From: Prosthecobacter sp.
Lineage (GTDB): Bacteria > Verrucomicrobiota > Verrucomicrobiia > Verrucomicrobiales > Verrucomicrobiaceae
NCBI RefSeq assembly: GCF_044226605.1
Contig: NZ_JBGAGS010000001.1
Coordinates: 91,214-155,213 of the forward strand
Reading direction: 5' to 3'
Length of the DNA stretch: 64,000 nt
Shown here: positions 63,609-64,000 of the stretch, one piece after another
How the letters are laid out: the number at the start of each line of letters is the position of its first letter
How positions within the stretch are numbered: position 1 is the first letter of the stretch
The notes under the pieces: generated by a model
Seen by the model: the letters and a program-made list of their open reading frames with translations, nothing else
What the model was told of the DNA's origin: nothing
Databases searched by the model: none
Made by a program: the position numbers and the translations under genes

Positions 63609-64000
63609 ATGATCCGTCTCCTCGCCGCCTTCTTCGTCATCCACAGCTTCGCGCTCGCCGGATTCCAACAGCCAGCGCCTGATGTGTTTGTCTGGCAGGA
63701 TACCTGTAATGTGTATGTCCTGAAGCAAAACGACAGCGCCCTGCTCATCAACCTGGGCGATGGCAGCGTGCTGGAGCACCTCTCCGAGATTGGGGTGAAA
63801 CGGGTCGAATGGGTACTCTTCACGGATCACCATCGCGAGCTCTGCCAGGGGGTGCTGAAGCTGGACCGGATAGCGACGCTGACCGCCGCTTCCGGTGATG
63901 AACGCGCTTTCTTTGAGACGCCGAACGAGTTCCGAAAATGGAATCCGCGCCTCGGCGACAAATTCACTGTCCACGGTGCCAGCTACATCCGGCCCCCGGC
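63609..64000 (+). CDS. MBL-fold-like hydrolase, 3' end outside window
   Basis: This ORF is not in the track because it has no stop within the window. I translated it by hand as MIRLLAAFFVIHSFALA (signal)...VYVLKQNDSALLINLGDG...VLFTDHHRELCQG, an MBL-like block. Confidence 0.55.
   Translation, partial: MIRLLAAFFVIHSFALAGFQQPAPDVFVWQDTCNVYVLKQNDSALLINLGDGSVLEHLSEIGVKRVEWVLFTDHHRELCQGVLKLDRIATLTAASGDERAFFETPNEFRKWNPRLGDKFTVHGASYIRPP

Overview
The window is high-GC and gene-dense, with about 60 protein-coding genes. I recognised no rRNA, tRNA, CRISPR array, transposase or integrase. Gene content fits a PVC-superphylum, Verrucomicrobiota-like chromosome: a DUF1549/DUF1553 + DUF1501 pair, a Cys-type sulfatase, an FGE-like protein, a PEP-CTERM protein, a prepilin-like protein, and Tat-signal Gfo/Idh/MocA and DUF1080 proteins. 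Recognisable housekeeping genes are folD, xseB, dxs, pheA, scpB, radC, an ispB-like polyprenyl synthase, tlyA, gmk, dxr and cdsA. The accessory content worth a second look is listed here. (1) An ECF sigma factor has no anti-sigma factor and sits 15 nt upstream of a 1032-aa Ser/Thr kinase. The kinase's extracytoplasmic part carries a ~106-aa tandem repeat and a SecD P1-head-like C-terminus, and an orphan HlyD adaptor lies upstream. (2) Two full-length paralogous proteins of unknown function lie 9 kb apart. One is acidic and head-to-head with scpB. The other is Arg/Lys-rich and head-to-head with a GYF protein that has a histone-H1-like tail. (3) A 1999-aa thioester (CVEQ) alpha-2-macroglobulin has no pbpC partner. 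It is tightly followed by a 2-TM peptide, an ATP-grasp-like protein, an esterase and an orphan multi-PAS histidine kinase. (4) An Rrf2/NsrR-like regulator lies behind a perfect 13-7-13 palindrome and is followed by a CXXCH protein. Two small monocistronic lipoprotein genes sit just upstream, one of them Cys/His-rich. (5) An ECF envelope-stress module is flanked by two LTXXQ-type proteins. All functional calls rest on motif recognition by eye. No database search was run, and domain boundaries are approximate. The many long antisense ORFs in the track are treated as GC-driven shadow ORFs.
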